Origin: Eledone cirrhosa
Lineage: Eukaryota
Direction: 5' to 3'
DNA: 64,000 nucleotides
NCBI GenBank assembly: GCA_964016885.1
Contig: OZ024743.1
Location: 134,974,001-135,038,000, forward strand
Part shown: positions 1 through 11,799 of the stretch, one piece after another
Position numbering within the stretch: the first letter of the stretch is position 1
Layout: every line of letters starts with the position of its first letter
Program-made: the position numbers and the translations under genes
Notes under the pieces: model-generated
Database searches by the model: none
The model's input: only the letters and a program-made list of their open reading frames with translations
What the model was told of the DNA's origin: nothing

Positions 1-3000
1 AGCACCAAGCACCAAGCACCAAGCACCAAACACCAAGCAGCAAACAGCAAACTCCAAACACCAAACACGAAACATCAAACACCATACAGCAAACACCAAA
101 CACCAAAAAACAGACACCTAACAGCAAACAGCAAACACCAAACAGCAAACAGCAAACACCAAGCACCAAGCACCAAACACCAAACACCAAGCACCAAGCA
201 CCAAACACCAAAACCAAGCACCAAACACCAGACACCAAGCACCAAACACCAAACACCAAGCACCAAGCACCAAGCACTAGGCACCAAGCACCAAACACCA
301 AACACCAAGTACCAAGCACCAAACACCAAGCACCAAGCACCAAAGACCAAACACCAAGCACCAAGCACCAAACACCAAACAGCAAACAGCAAACACCAAA
401 CAGCAAAAACCATACAGCAAACACCAAACACCAAAAAGCAGACACTAAACAGCAAACACCAAACAGCAAACACCAAAGAACAAACACCAAACACCAAGCA
501 CCAAACACCAAGAACCAAGCACCAAACACCAAGCACCAAGCACCAAGACCAAGCACCAAGCACCAAACACCAAGCACCAAGCACCAATTATCAAACACCA
601 AGCATCAAACACCAAACACCAAACACCAAGCACCAAGCACCAAACACCAAGCACGAAGCACCAAGCACCAAGCACCATACACCAAACACCCTGCACCAAG
701 CACCAAACACCAAGCACCAAGCACCATACACAACACACCAAGCACCAAACACCAAACACCAAGCACCAAGCACCAAACACCAAACACCAAGCACCAAGCA
801 CCAAACACCAAACACCAAGCACCAAACACCAAACACGAAACATCAAACACCATACAGCAAACACCAAACACCAAAAAGCAGACACCAAACAGCAAACAGC
901 AAACAGCAAACAGCAAACAGCAAACACCAAGCACCAAGCACCAAACACCAAACACCTAGCACCAAGCACCAAACACCAAACACCAAGCACCAAACACCAA
1001 GCAAAAAACACCAAACACCAAACACCAAGCACCAAGCACCAAACATCAAGCACCAGGCACCAAGCACCAAACACCAAACACCAAGTACCAAGCACCAAAC
1101 ACCAAGCACCAAGCACCAAGCACCAAACACCAAACACCAAACAGCAAACAGCAAACACCAAACAGCAAACACCAAACAGCAAACACCAAACACCAAACAC
1201 CAAACACCAAGCACCAAGCACCAAGCACCAAACACCAAACAACAAGCACCAAACACCAAGCACCAAGCCCCAAGCGACAAACACCAAGCACCAAGCACCA
1301 TGCACCAAACACCAAGCACCAAGCACCAAACACCAAGCACCAAACACCAAAGACCAAGCACCAAGCACCAAACACCAAGCACCAAGCACCAAGCACCAAG
1401 CACCAAACACGAAGCACCAAGCTCCAAGCACCAAACACCAAGCTCCAAACACCAAACACCAAGCACCATGCCCCAAGCACCAAACACCAAACACCAAGCA
1501 CCATGCCCCAAGCACTAAACACCAAACACCAAACACCAAACACCAAGCACCAAGCACCAAACAACAAGTACCAGGCACCAAACACCAAACACCAAGCACC
1601 AAACGCCAAGCACCAAACACCAAACGGCAAACACCAAACACCAAACAGCAAACAGCAAACACCAAACACCAAGCACCAATCACCAAACAACAAGCACCAG
1701 GCACCAAGCACTAAACACCAAACACCAAGCACCAAGCACCAAACACCAAACACCAAGCACCAAGCACCAAACACCAAGCACCAAAGACCAAACACCAAAC
1801 AGCAAACACCAAACACGAAACAGCAAACACCATACAGCAAACACCAAACACCAAACACGAAACAGCAAACAGCAAACACCAAACACCAAGCACCAAACAC
1901 CAAGTACCAAGCACCAAACACCAAGCACCAAGCACCAAACACCAAACCCCAAGCACCAAGCACCAAACACTAATCACCAAGCACCAAGCACCAAACACCA
2001 AACACCAAGCACCAAAGACCAAGCACCAAGCACCAAACACCAAGCACCAAGCACCAAGCACCAAACACCAAGCACCAAGCACCAAACACCAACCACCCAG
2101 CATCAAGCACCAAGCACCAAACACCAAGCACCAAGCACCAAATACCAAACACCAAACACCAAGCACCAAGCACCAAACACCAAGCACCAAGCACCAAACA
2201 CCAAGCCCCAAGCACCAAGCACCTTACACCAAACCCAAGCACCAAACACCAAGCACCAAACACCAAACACCAAACACCAAGCACCAATCACCAAACACCA
2301 AGAATGCAGCACCAAACACCAAGCACCAAGCACCAAGCACCAAACACCAAGCACCACACACCAAGCACCAAACACCAAACACCAAGCACCAAGCACCAAG
2401 CACCAAACACCAAACACCAAGCACCAGACACCAAGCACCAAGCACCAATCACCAAACAACAAGCACCAAGCACCAAACACCAAACACCAAGCACCAAGCA
2501 CCAAACACCAAACACCAAGCACCAAGCACCAAACACCAATCACCAAAGACCAAAGACCAAACAGGAAACACCAAACACCAAACACCAAACAAGAAACACC
2601 AAACACCAAAAAGCAGACAGCAAACAGCAAACACCAAACACCAAACACCAAGCACCAAACACCAAACACCAAGTACCAAGCACCAAACACCAAGCACCAA
2701 GCACCAAACACCAAACACGAAGCACCAAACACCAAGCACCAAGCACCAAGCGACAAACACCAAGCACCAAGCACCAAGCACCAAACGCCAACCACCTAGC
2801 ACCAAGCACCAAGCACCAAACACCAAGCACCAAACACCAAGCCCCAAACACCAAGCACCAAGCACCAAACACCAAGCACCAAGCACCAAACACCAAGCAC
2901 CAAGCACCAAACGCCAACCACCCAGCACCAAGCACCAAGCACCAAACACCAAACACCAAACACCAAGCACCAAGCACCAAACACCAAGCCCCAAGTACCA

Positions 3001-6000
3001 AGCACCAAACACCAAGCACCAAACACCAAGCACCAAGCACCTAGCACCAAACACCAAACACCAAGCACCAAGCACCAAACACCAAGCACCAATCACCAAG
3101 CACCAAACACCAAGCACCATGCACCAAACACCAAGCACCAAATACCAAACACGAAACACCAAGCACCAAGCATCAAACACCAAGCACCAAGCACCAAACA
3201 CCAAGCACCAAACACCAAACACCAAGCACCAAGCACGAAGCACCAAACACCAAGCACCAGGCACCAAGCACCAAACACCAAGCACCAAGCACCAAACACC
3301 AAGCACCAAGCACCAAGCACAAAACACCAAACACCAAGCACCAAACACCTAACACCAAGCACCAAGCACCAAGCACCAAACACCAAGCAGCAAACACGAA
3401 ACACCAAGCACCAAACACCAAGCACCAAACACCTATCACCAAGCACCAAGCACCAAGCACCAAACACCAAGCAGCAAACACCAAACACCAAGCACCAAAC
3501 ACCAAGCAGCAAACACCAAACACCAAGCACCAAACACCAAGCACCAAGCACAAAGCACCAAGCACCAAGCACCAAACACCAAGCACCAAACACCAAGCAC
3601 CAAGCACCAAGCACCAAACACGAAGCACCAAGCTCCAAGCACCAAACACCAAGCTCTAAACACCAAACACCAAGAACAATGCACCAAACACCAAGCACTA
3701 AACACCAAACACCAAACACCAAACACCAAGCAACAAGCACCAAACAACAAGCACCAGGCACCAAACACCAAGCACCAAGCACCAAACGCCAAGCACCAAA
3801 CACCAAGCACCAAGCACCAAGCACTAAACACCAAACGGCAAACACCAAACACCAAACAGCAAAAAGCAAACACCAAACAACAAGCACCAATCACCAAACA
3901 ACAAGCACCAGGCACCAAGCACTAAACACCAAACAGCAAGCACCAAGCACCAATCACCAAACACCAAGCACCAAGTATCAAACACCAAGCACCAAGCACC
4001 AAGCATCAAACACCAAACACCAAAGACCAAACACCAAACAGCAAAGACCAAACACGAAACAGCAAACACCATACAGCAAACACCAAACACCAAACAGCAA
4101 ACAGCAAACACCAAACACCAAGCACCAAACACCAAGTACCAAGCACCAAACACCAAGCACCAAGCACCAAACACCAAACTCCAAGCACCAAGCACCAAAC
4201 ACTAATCACCAAGCACCAAGCACCAAGCACCAAATACCAAGCACCAAGCACCAACCACCAAACACCAAACACCAAGCATGCAGCACCAAACACCAAGCAC
4301 CAAGCACCAAGCACCAAACACCAAGCACCAAGCACCAAACACCAAACACCGAACACCAAGCACCATGCACCAAGCACCAAACACCAAACACCAAACACCA
4401 AGCACCAGACACCAAGCACCAAACACCAAACACCAAACACCAAGCACCTAGCACCAATCACCAAACAACAAGCACCAACCACCAAGCACCAAACACCAAG
4501 CACCAAAGACCAAAGACCAAACAGGAAACACCAAACACCAAACACCAAACACCAAACAGCAAACACCAAACACCAAACAGCAAACACCATACAGCAAACA
4601 CCAAACACCAAAAAGCAGACAGCAAACAGCAAACAGCAAACACCAAACACCAAACAGCAAACACCAAGCACCAAACACCAAGCACCAAGCACTGAACACC
4701 AAACCCCAAGCACCAAGCACCAAACACTAATCACCAAGCACCAAGCACCAAACACTAAGCACCAACCACCAAACACCAAGCACCAAGCACTAAACGCCAA
4801 CCACCCAGCACCAAGCACCAAGGACCAAACACCAAGCACCAAAAACCAAACACCAAGCACCAGGCACCAAGCACCAAGCACCAAACACCAAGCCCCAAGC
4901 ACCAAGCACCAATCACCAAACACCAAGCACCAAACACCAAGTACCAAGCACCAAACACCAAGCACCAAACACCAAGCAAAATACACCAAACACCAAACAC
5001 CAAGCACCAAGCACCAAACATCAAGCACCAGGTACCAAGCACCAAACACCAAACACCAAGTACCAAGCACCAAACACCAAGCACCAAGCACCAAGCACCA
5101 AACACCAAACAGCAAACAGCAAACAGCAAACAGCAAACACCAAACACCAAACAGCATACACCATACAGCAAACACCAAACATCAAAAAGCAGACACCAAA
5201 CAGCAAACAGCAAACACCAAACAGCAAACACCAAACAGCAAACACCAAACACCAAACACCAAACACCAAGCACCAAGCACCAAGCACCAAACACCAAACA
5301 CCAAGCACCAAACACCAAGCACCAAGCCCCAAGCGACAAACACCAAGCACCAAGCACCATGCACCAAACACCAAGCACCAAGCACCAAACACCAAGCACC
5401 AAACACCAAAGACCAAGCACCAAGCACCAAACAACAAGCACCAAACACCAAACACCAAGCACCAAACACGAAGCACCAAGCTCCAAGCACCAAACACCAA
5501 GCTCCAAACACCAAACACCAAGCACCATGCACCAAGCACCAAACACCAAACACCAAGCACCAAGCACCAAACACCAAACACCAAGCACTAAACACCAAAC
5601 ACCAAACACCAAACACCAAACACCAAACAGCAAACAGCAAACACCAAACACCAAGCACCAATCACCAAACAACAAGCACCAGGCACCAAGCACTAAACAC
5701 CAAACACCAAGCACCAAGCCCCAAACACCAAACACCAAGCACCAAGCACCAAACACCAAGCACCAAAGACCAAACACCAAACAGCAAACACCAAACACGA
5801 AACAGCAAACACCATACAGCAAACACCAAACACCAAACACGAAACAGCAAACAGCAAACACCAAACACCAAGCACAAAACACCAAGTACCAAGCACCAAA
5901 CACCAAGCACCAAGCACCAAACACCAAACCCCAAGCACCAAGCACCAAACACTAATCACCAAGCACCAAGCACCAAACACCAAACACCAAGCACCAAAGA

Positions 6001-6857
6001 CCAAGCACCAAGCACCAAACACCAAGCACCAAGCACCAAGCACCAAACACCAAGCACCAAGCACCAAACACCAACCACCCAGCACCAAGCACCAAGCACC
6101 AAACACCAAGCACCAAGCACTAAATACCAAACACCAAACACCAAGCCCCAAGCACCAAGCACCTTACACCAAACACCAAGCACCAAACACCAAGCACCAA
6201 GCACCTAGCACCAAAAACCAAACCCAAGCACCAAACACCAAGCACCAAACACCAAACACCTAACACCAAGCACCAAACACCAACCACCAAACACCAAGCA
6301 CCAAGCACTAAGCACCAAGCACCAAGCACCAAACACCAAGCACCAAACACCAAGCACCAAACACCTAAAACCAAGCACCAAGCACCAAGTACCAAGCACC
6401 AAACTCCAAGCACCAAACACCAAACACCAAGCACCAAACACCAAACACCAAGCACCAAGCACCAAACACCTAACACCAAGCACCAAACACCAACCACCAA
6501 ACACCAAGCACCAAGTACCAAGCACCAAGCACCAAACACCAAGCACCAAACACCAAGCACCAAGCACCAAACACCAAGCACCAAGCACCAAGCACCAAGT
6601 ACAAACACCAAGCACCAAGCACCAAACACCAAGCACCAAGCACCAAACACCAAACACCAAGCACCAAGCACCAAACACCAAGCACCAAAGACCAAACACC
6701 AAACAGCAAACACCAAACACCATACAGCAAACACTAAACACCAAAAAGCAGACACCAAACAGCAAACACCAAACACCAAACACCAAACACCAAACAGCAA
6801 ACACCAAACACCAAGCACCAAACACCAAGGACCAAGAACCAAACACCTAACACCAAG
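1..6857 (-). repeat. 7-bp satellite array, left arm; + strand reads (CACCAAG/CACCAAA)n, i.e. YTTGGTG on the - strand; about 980 monomers, runs off the window start
   Basis: Continuous accaagc/accaaac units from base 1 to caccaag at 6851-6857, with interspersed cagcaaa variants. The + strand is almost T-free. Confidence 0.98.
960..6200 (-). repeat. Higher-order duplication in the left arm: about 960-2260 repeated at about 4940-6200 (offset 3.94-4.06 kb)
   Basis: Shared rare markers occur in the same order: catcaagcaccagg 1044/5019, gctccaagc 1421/5480, aatcaccaaacaacaagcaccagg 1678/5660, accttacacc 2221/6161. ORFs 1680..1970 and 5662..5952 are near-identical. Confidence 0.85.
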
Positions 6858-6864
6858 CCTGGTG
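6851..6864. other. Strand-inversion junction of the satellite (CACCAAG|CCTGGTG), no spacer
   Basis: 6851-6857 is CACCAAG and 6858-6864 is CCTGGTG, one mismatch from the perfect palindrome CACCAAGCTTGGTG. Base composition flips from A/C-rich to G/T-rich here. Confidence 0.95.
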
Positions 6865-8109
6865 CTTGGTGCTTGGTGCTTGTTGTTTGGTGGTTGGTGC
6901 TTGGTGATTAGTGTTTGGTGCTTAGTGCTTGGGGTTTGCTGTTTCGTGCTTGGTGCTTGGTGTTTGGTGCTTGGTGCTTGGTGTTTGGTGGTTGGTGCTT
7001 GGTGTTTGGCTTTTGGTGCTTGGTGCTTGGTGTTTGGTGTTTGGTGCTTGGTGTTTGGTGTTTGGTGCTTGCTGTTTGGTGCTTGGTGTTTGGTGCTTGG
7101 TGTTTGGTGCTTCGGTCTTGGTGCTTGGTCTTTGGTGCTTGGTGCTTGGTGCTTGGTGCTTGGTGCTTGGTGCTTGGTGTTTGGTGCTTGGTGTTTGGTG
7201 CTTGGTGTTTGGTGCTTGGTTCTTGGTGCTTGGTGTTAGGTGTTTGGTGCTTGGTGCTTGGTGTTTGATGTTTGGTCCTTGGTGCTTGGTGTTTGGTGTC
7301 TGGTGCTTGGTGCTTGGGGTTTGGTGTTTGGTGCTTGGGGTTTGGTGTCTGGTGCTTGGTGCTTGGTGTTTGGTGCTTGGTGCTTGGTGCTTGGTGTTTG
7401 GTGCTTGGTGCTTGGTGCTTGGTGTTTGGTGCTTGGTGCTTGGTGCTTGGTGCTTGGTGTTTGGTGTTTGGTGCTTGGTGTTTGGTGTTTGGTGCTTGCT
7501 GCTTGCTGCTTGTTGTTTCGTTCTTTGTGATTGGTGCTTGGTGCTTGGTGTTTGGTGCTTGGGGCTTGGTGTTTGGTTCTTGGTGCTTGGTGCTTGGTGC
7601 TTGGTGTTTGGTGTTTGGTGCTTGGTGTTTTGTGCCTGGTGCTTGGTGCTGGGTGGTTGGTGTTTGGTGCTTGGTGCTTGGTGTTTGGTGCTTGGTGCTT
7701 GGTGCTTGTTGTTTGGTGCTTGGTGCTTGTTGCTTGGTCTTTGGTGCTTGGTGTTTGGTGTTTGGTGCTTGGTGCTTGATGCTTGGTGTGTGGTGCTTGG
7801 TGCTTGGTGCTTGGTGTTTGGTGATTGGTGCTTGGTGATTAGTGTTTGTTGCTTGATGCTTCGGGTTTGGTGGTTGGGGCTTGATGCTTGGTGCTTGGTG
7901 TTTGGTGTTTGGTGTTTGCTGTATGGTGTTTGCTGTTTCGTATTTGGTTTTTGCTGTTTGGTGTTTGGTGTTTGCTGTTTGGTGTTTGTTGCTTGCTGTT
8001 TGGTGCTTCGTGCTTGGTGCTTGGTGTTTGGCGTTTGGTGCTTGGTGCTTGGTGTTTGGTGCTTGGTGCTTGGTGTTTGGTGTTTGGTGCTTGGTGCTTG
8101 GTTTTTGGT

Positions 8110-9370
8110 GTTTGGTGCTTGGTATTTGGTGCTTGGTGCTTGGTGCTTGTTGTTTGGTGCTTGGTGCTTGGTGCTTGGTGTTTGTTGCTTTGTGCTTGGT
8201 GCTTGGTGTTTGGTGTTTGGTGTTTGGTGCTTGGTGTTTGGTGTTTGGTGTCTGGTGCTTGGTGCTTGGTGTTTGGTGCTTTGTTCTTGGTGCTTGGTGC
8301 TTGGTGCTTGGTGCTTGGAGTTTGGTGTTTAGTGCTTTGTGCTTGGTATTTGGTGTTTGGTGCTTGGTGCTTGGTGTTTGTTGCTTTGTGCTTGGTGCTT
8401 GGTGCTTGATGCTTGGTGCTTGGTGCTTGGTGTTTGGTGCTTGGTGTTTGGTGTTTGGTGTTTGGTGCTTGGTGCTTGGTGTTTGGTGCTTGGTGCTTGG
8501 TGCTTGGTGTTTCCTGTTTGTTGTTTGGTGTTTGCTGTTTGGTGTTTGCTGTTTGGTGCTTGATGCTTGGTGTTTGGTGCTTGTTGTTTGGTGCTTGGTG
8601 CTTGGTGTTTGCTGTTTGGTGATTGGTGTTTGGTGCTTGCTGCTTGGTGCTTGGTGTTTGGTGCTTGGTGCTTGTTACTTGGTGCTTGGTGTTTGGTGTT
8701 TGGTACTTGGTGCTTGGTGTTTGGTGTTTGGTGCTTGGTGCTTGGTGTTAGGTGTTTGGTGCTTGGTGCTTGGTGTTTGGTGATTGGTGCTTGGTGCTTG
8801 GTGTTTGGTGCTTGGTGCTAGGTGTTTGGTGTTTGGCGCTTGGTGCTTGGTGTTTGGTGCTTGGTGCTTGGTGTTTGGTGTTTGGTGCTTGGTCTTTGGT
8901 ACTTGATGGTTGGTGCTTGGTCTTTGGTGCTTGGTGCTTGGTGCTTGGTGCTTGGTGTTTGGTGCTTGGTGCTTGGTGTTTGGTGTTTGGTGCTTGGTCT
9001 TTGGTACTTGGTGGTTGGTGCTTGGTCTTTGGTGCTTGGTGCTTGGTGCTTGCTGCTTGGTGATTGGTGCTTTGTGCTTGGTGCTTGGTGTTTGGTGTTT
9101 GGTGCTTGGTGATTGGTGTTTGGTGCTTGGTGCTTGGTGCTTGTTGTTTGGTGCTTGGTGCTTGGTGCTTGGTGTTTGTTGCTTTGTGCTTGGTGCTTGG
9201 TGTTTGGTGTTTGGTGTTTGGTGCTTGGTGTTTGGTGTTTGGTGTCTGGTGTTTGGTGCTTGGTGTTTGGTGCTTTGTTCTTGGTGCTTGGTGCTTGGTG
9301 CTTGGTGCTTGGAGTTTGGTGTTTAGTGCTTTGTGCTTGGTATTTGGTGTTTGGTGCTTGGTGCTTGGTG
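8110..9370 (+). repeat. Short segment duplicated at 994-bp offset (about 8110-8375 and 9105-9370)
   Basis: ttgttcttgg at 8281/9275, followed in both copies by ggagtttggtgtttagtgctttgtgcttggtatt. ORF starts 8339 and 9333. Confidence 0.75.
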
Positions 9371-11799
9371 TTTGGTGTTTGGTGCTTGGTGCTTGGTGTT
9401 TGGTGATTGGCGCTTGATGCTTGGTGTTTGGTGCTTGGTGCTTGGTTCTTGGTGTTTGGTGTTTGGTGTTTGGTGCTTGGTGTTTGGTGTTTGGTGTTTG
9501 CTGTTTGGTGTTTGGTGTTTGCTGTTTGGTGTTTGCTATTTGGTGTTTGGTGTTTGCAGTTTGGTGTTTGCTGTTTGGTGTTTGCTGTGTGGTGTTTGGT
9601 GTTTGGTGCTTGGTGCTTGGTGTTTGGTGTTTGGTGCCTGTTGCTTGGTGTTTGGTGCTTGGTGCTTGGTGCTTGGTGCTTGGTGCTTTGTATTTGTTGC
9701 TTGGTGCTTGGTGCTTGGTGATTGGTGCTTGGTGCTTTGTGCCTGGTGCTTTGTGTTTTGGTGTTGGTGCTTGGTGTTTGATATGTGGTGCTTGGTGCTT
9801 GGTGTTTGGTATTTGATGCTTGGTGCTTGGTGCTTGGTGTTTGGTGCTTGGTGTTTGGTGTTTGGTGTTTGGTGCTTGGTGCTTGGTGTTTGGTGCTTGG
9901 TGCTTGGTGCTTGGTGTTTCCTGTTTGTTGTTTGGTGTTTGCTGTTTCGTGTTTGCTGTTTGGTGCTTGATGCTTGGTGTTTGGTGTTTGGTGCTTGGTG
10001 TTTGGTGCTTGGTGCTTGGTGTTTGGTGTTTGGTGCTTGGTGTTTGGTGTTTGGTGCTTGGGACTTGGTGCTTGGTGCTTGGTGCTTGGTGTTTGCTGTT
10101 TGGTGCTTGGTGCTTGGTGTTTGGTGTTTGATGCTTGGTGCTTGGTGTTTGGTGTTTGGTGCTTGGTGCTTGGTGTTTGCTGTTTGGTGCTTGATGCTTG
10201 GTGTTTGCTGTTTGGTGCTTGGTGTTTGGTGCTTGGTGCTTGGTGTTTGGTGTTTGCTGTTTGCTGTTTGCTGTTTGGTGTTTGCCATTTGGTGTTTGGT
10301 GTTTGCTGTTTGGTGTTTGCTGTTTGGTGTTTGCTGTGTGGTGTTTGGTGTTTGGTGTTTGGTGCTTGGTGCTTGGTGTTTTCTCTTTGGTGCTTGGTGC
10401 TTGGTTTTTTATCTTTGGTGCTTGGTGCTTGGTGTTTGGTGCTTGGTGCTTGGTGTTTGGTGGTTGGTGCTTGGTGCTTGGTGATTGGTGCTTGGTGTTT
10501 GGTGCCTGGTGTTTGGTGTTTGGTTATTGGTGCTTGGTGTTTGATGTGTGGTGCTTGGTGTTTGGTATTTGGTGCTTGGTGCTTGGTGCTTGGTGTTTGG
10601 TGCTGTGTGCTTTGTGCTTGTTGTTTGGTGCTTGGTGCTAGGTGTTTGGTGTTTGGTGCTTGGTGTTTGGTGTTTCGTGTTTGGTGCTTGGTACTTGGTG
10701 TTTTATGTTTGGTGTTTGGTGCTTGGTGCTTGGTGCTTGGTGTTTGGTGCTTGGTGCTTGGTGCTTGGTGCTTGGTGTTTGATGTTTAGTGCTTGGTGCT
10801 TGGTATTTGGTGTGTGGTGCTTGGTGCTTGTTGTTTGGTGTTTGGTGCTTGGTGCTTGGTGTTTGGTGATTGGTGCTTGGTGCTTGTTGTTTGGTGTTTG
10901 GCGCTTGATGCTTGGTGTTTGGTGCTTGGTGCTTGGTTCTTGGTGTTTGGTGCTTGGTGTTTGGTGCTTGGTGTTTGGTGGTTGCTGCTTGGTGCTTGCT
11001 GTTTGGTGTTTAGTGCTTGGAGCTTGCTGCTTGGTGCTTGATGCTTTGTACTTGGTGCTTGGTATTTGGTGTTTGGTGCTTGGTGCTTGGTGTTTGGTGC
11101 TTGGTGCTTGGTGCTTGGTGCTTGGAGCTTGGTGCTTGCTGCTTGGTGCTTGGTGATTTGTGCTTGGTGCTTGGTGTTTGGTGTTTGGTGCTTGGTGAAT
11201 GGTGTTTGGTGCTTGGTGCTTGTTGTTTGGTGCTTGGTGCTTGGTGCTTGGTGTTTGCTGCTTGGTGCTTGGTGTTTGGTGCTTGGTGCTTGGTGTTTGG
11301 TGTATGGTGCTTGGTGCTTGGTGCTTGGTGCTTGGTGTTTGGTGCTTGGTGCTTGGTGCTTGGTGTTTGGTGTTTGGTGCTTGGTGCTTGTTGTTAGGTG
11401 TTTGGTGCTTGGTGTTTGGTGTTTGGTGCTTGGTCCTTGGTGTTTGGTATTTGGTGCTTGGTGCTTGGTGCTTGGTGTTTGGTGTTTGGTGCTTGGTGAT
11501 TGGCGTTTGGTGTTTCTCGTTTGATGTTTGGCTTTTTCTGTTTGCTGTTTGGTGTTTGCTGTTTGCTATTTGGTGTTTTGTGTTTGATGTTTGGTGTTTG
11601 CTGTTTGGTGTTTGCCGTTTGGTGTTTTCTGTTTGCTGTTTGGTGTTTGCTGTTTGGTGATTGGTGTTTGGTGCTTGCTGCTTGGTGCTTGGTGTTTGGT
11701 GCTTGGTACTTGTTAATTGGTGCTTGGTGTTTGGTGTTTGGTACTTGGTGCTTGGTGTTTGGTGTTTGGTGCTTGGTGCTTGGTGTTTGGTGTTTGGTG

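Noticed and set aside
6851-6864. Telomere-telomere fusion site
   Set aside because: End-to-end fusions read G-rich then C-rich on one strand, whereas this reads C-rich then G-rich. YTTGGTG is not a telomere repeat I recognise, and kb-scale duplications of variants indicate recombination rather than telomerase synthesis.
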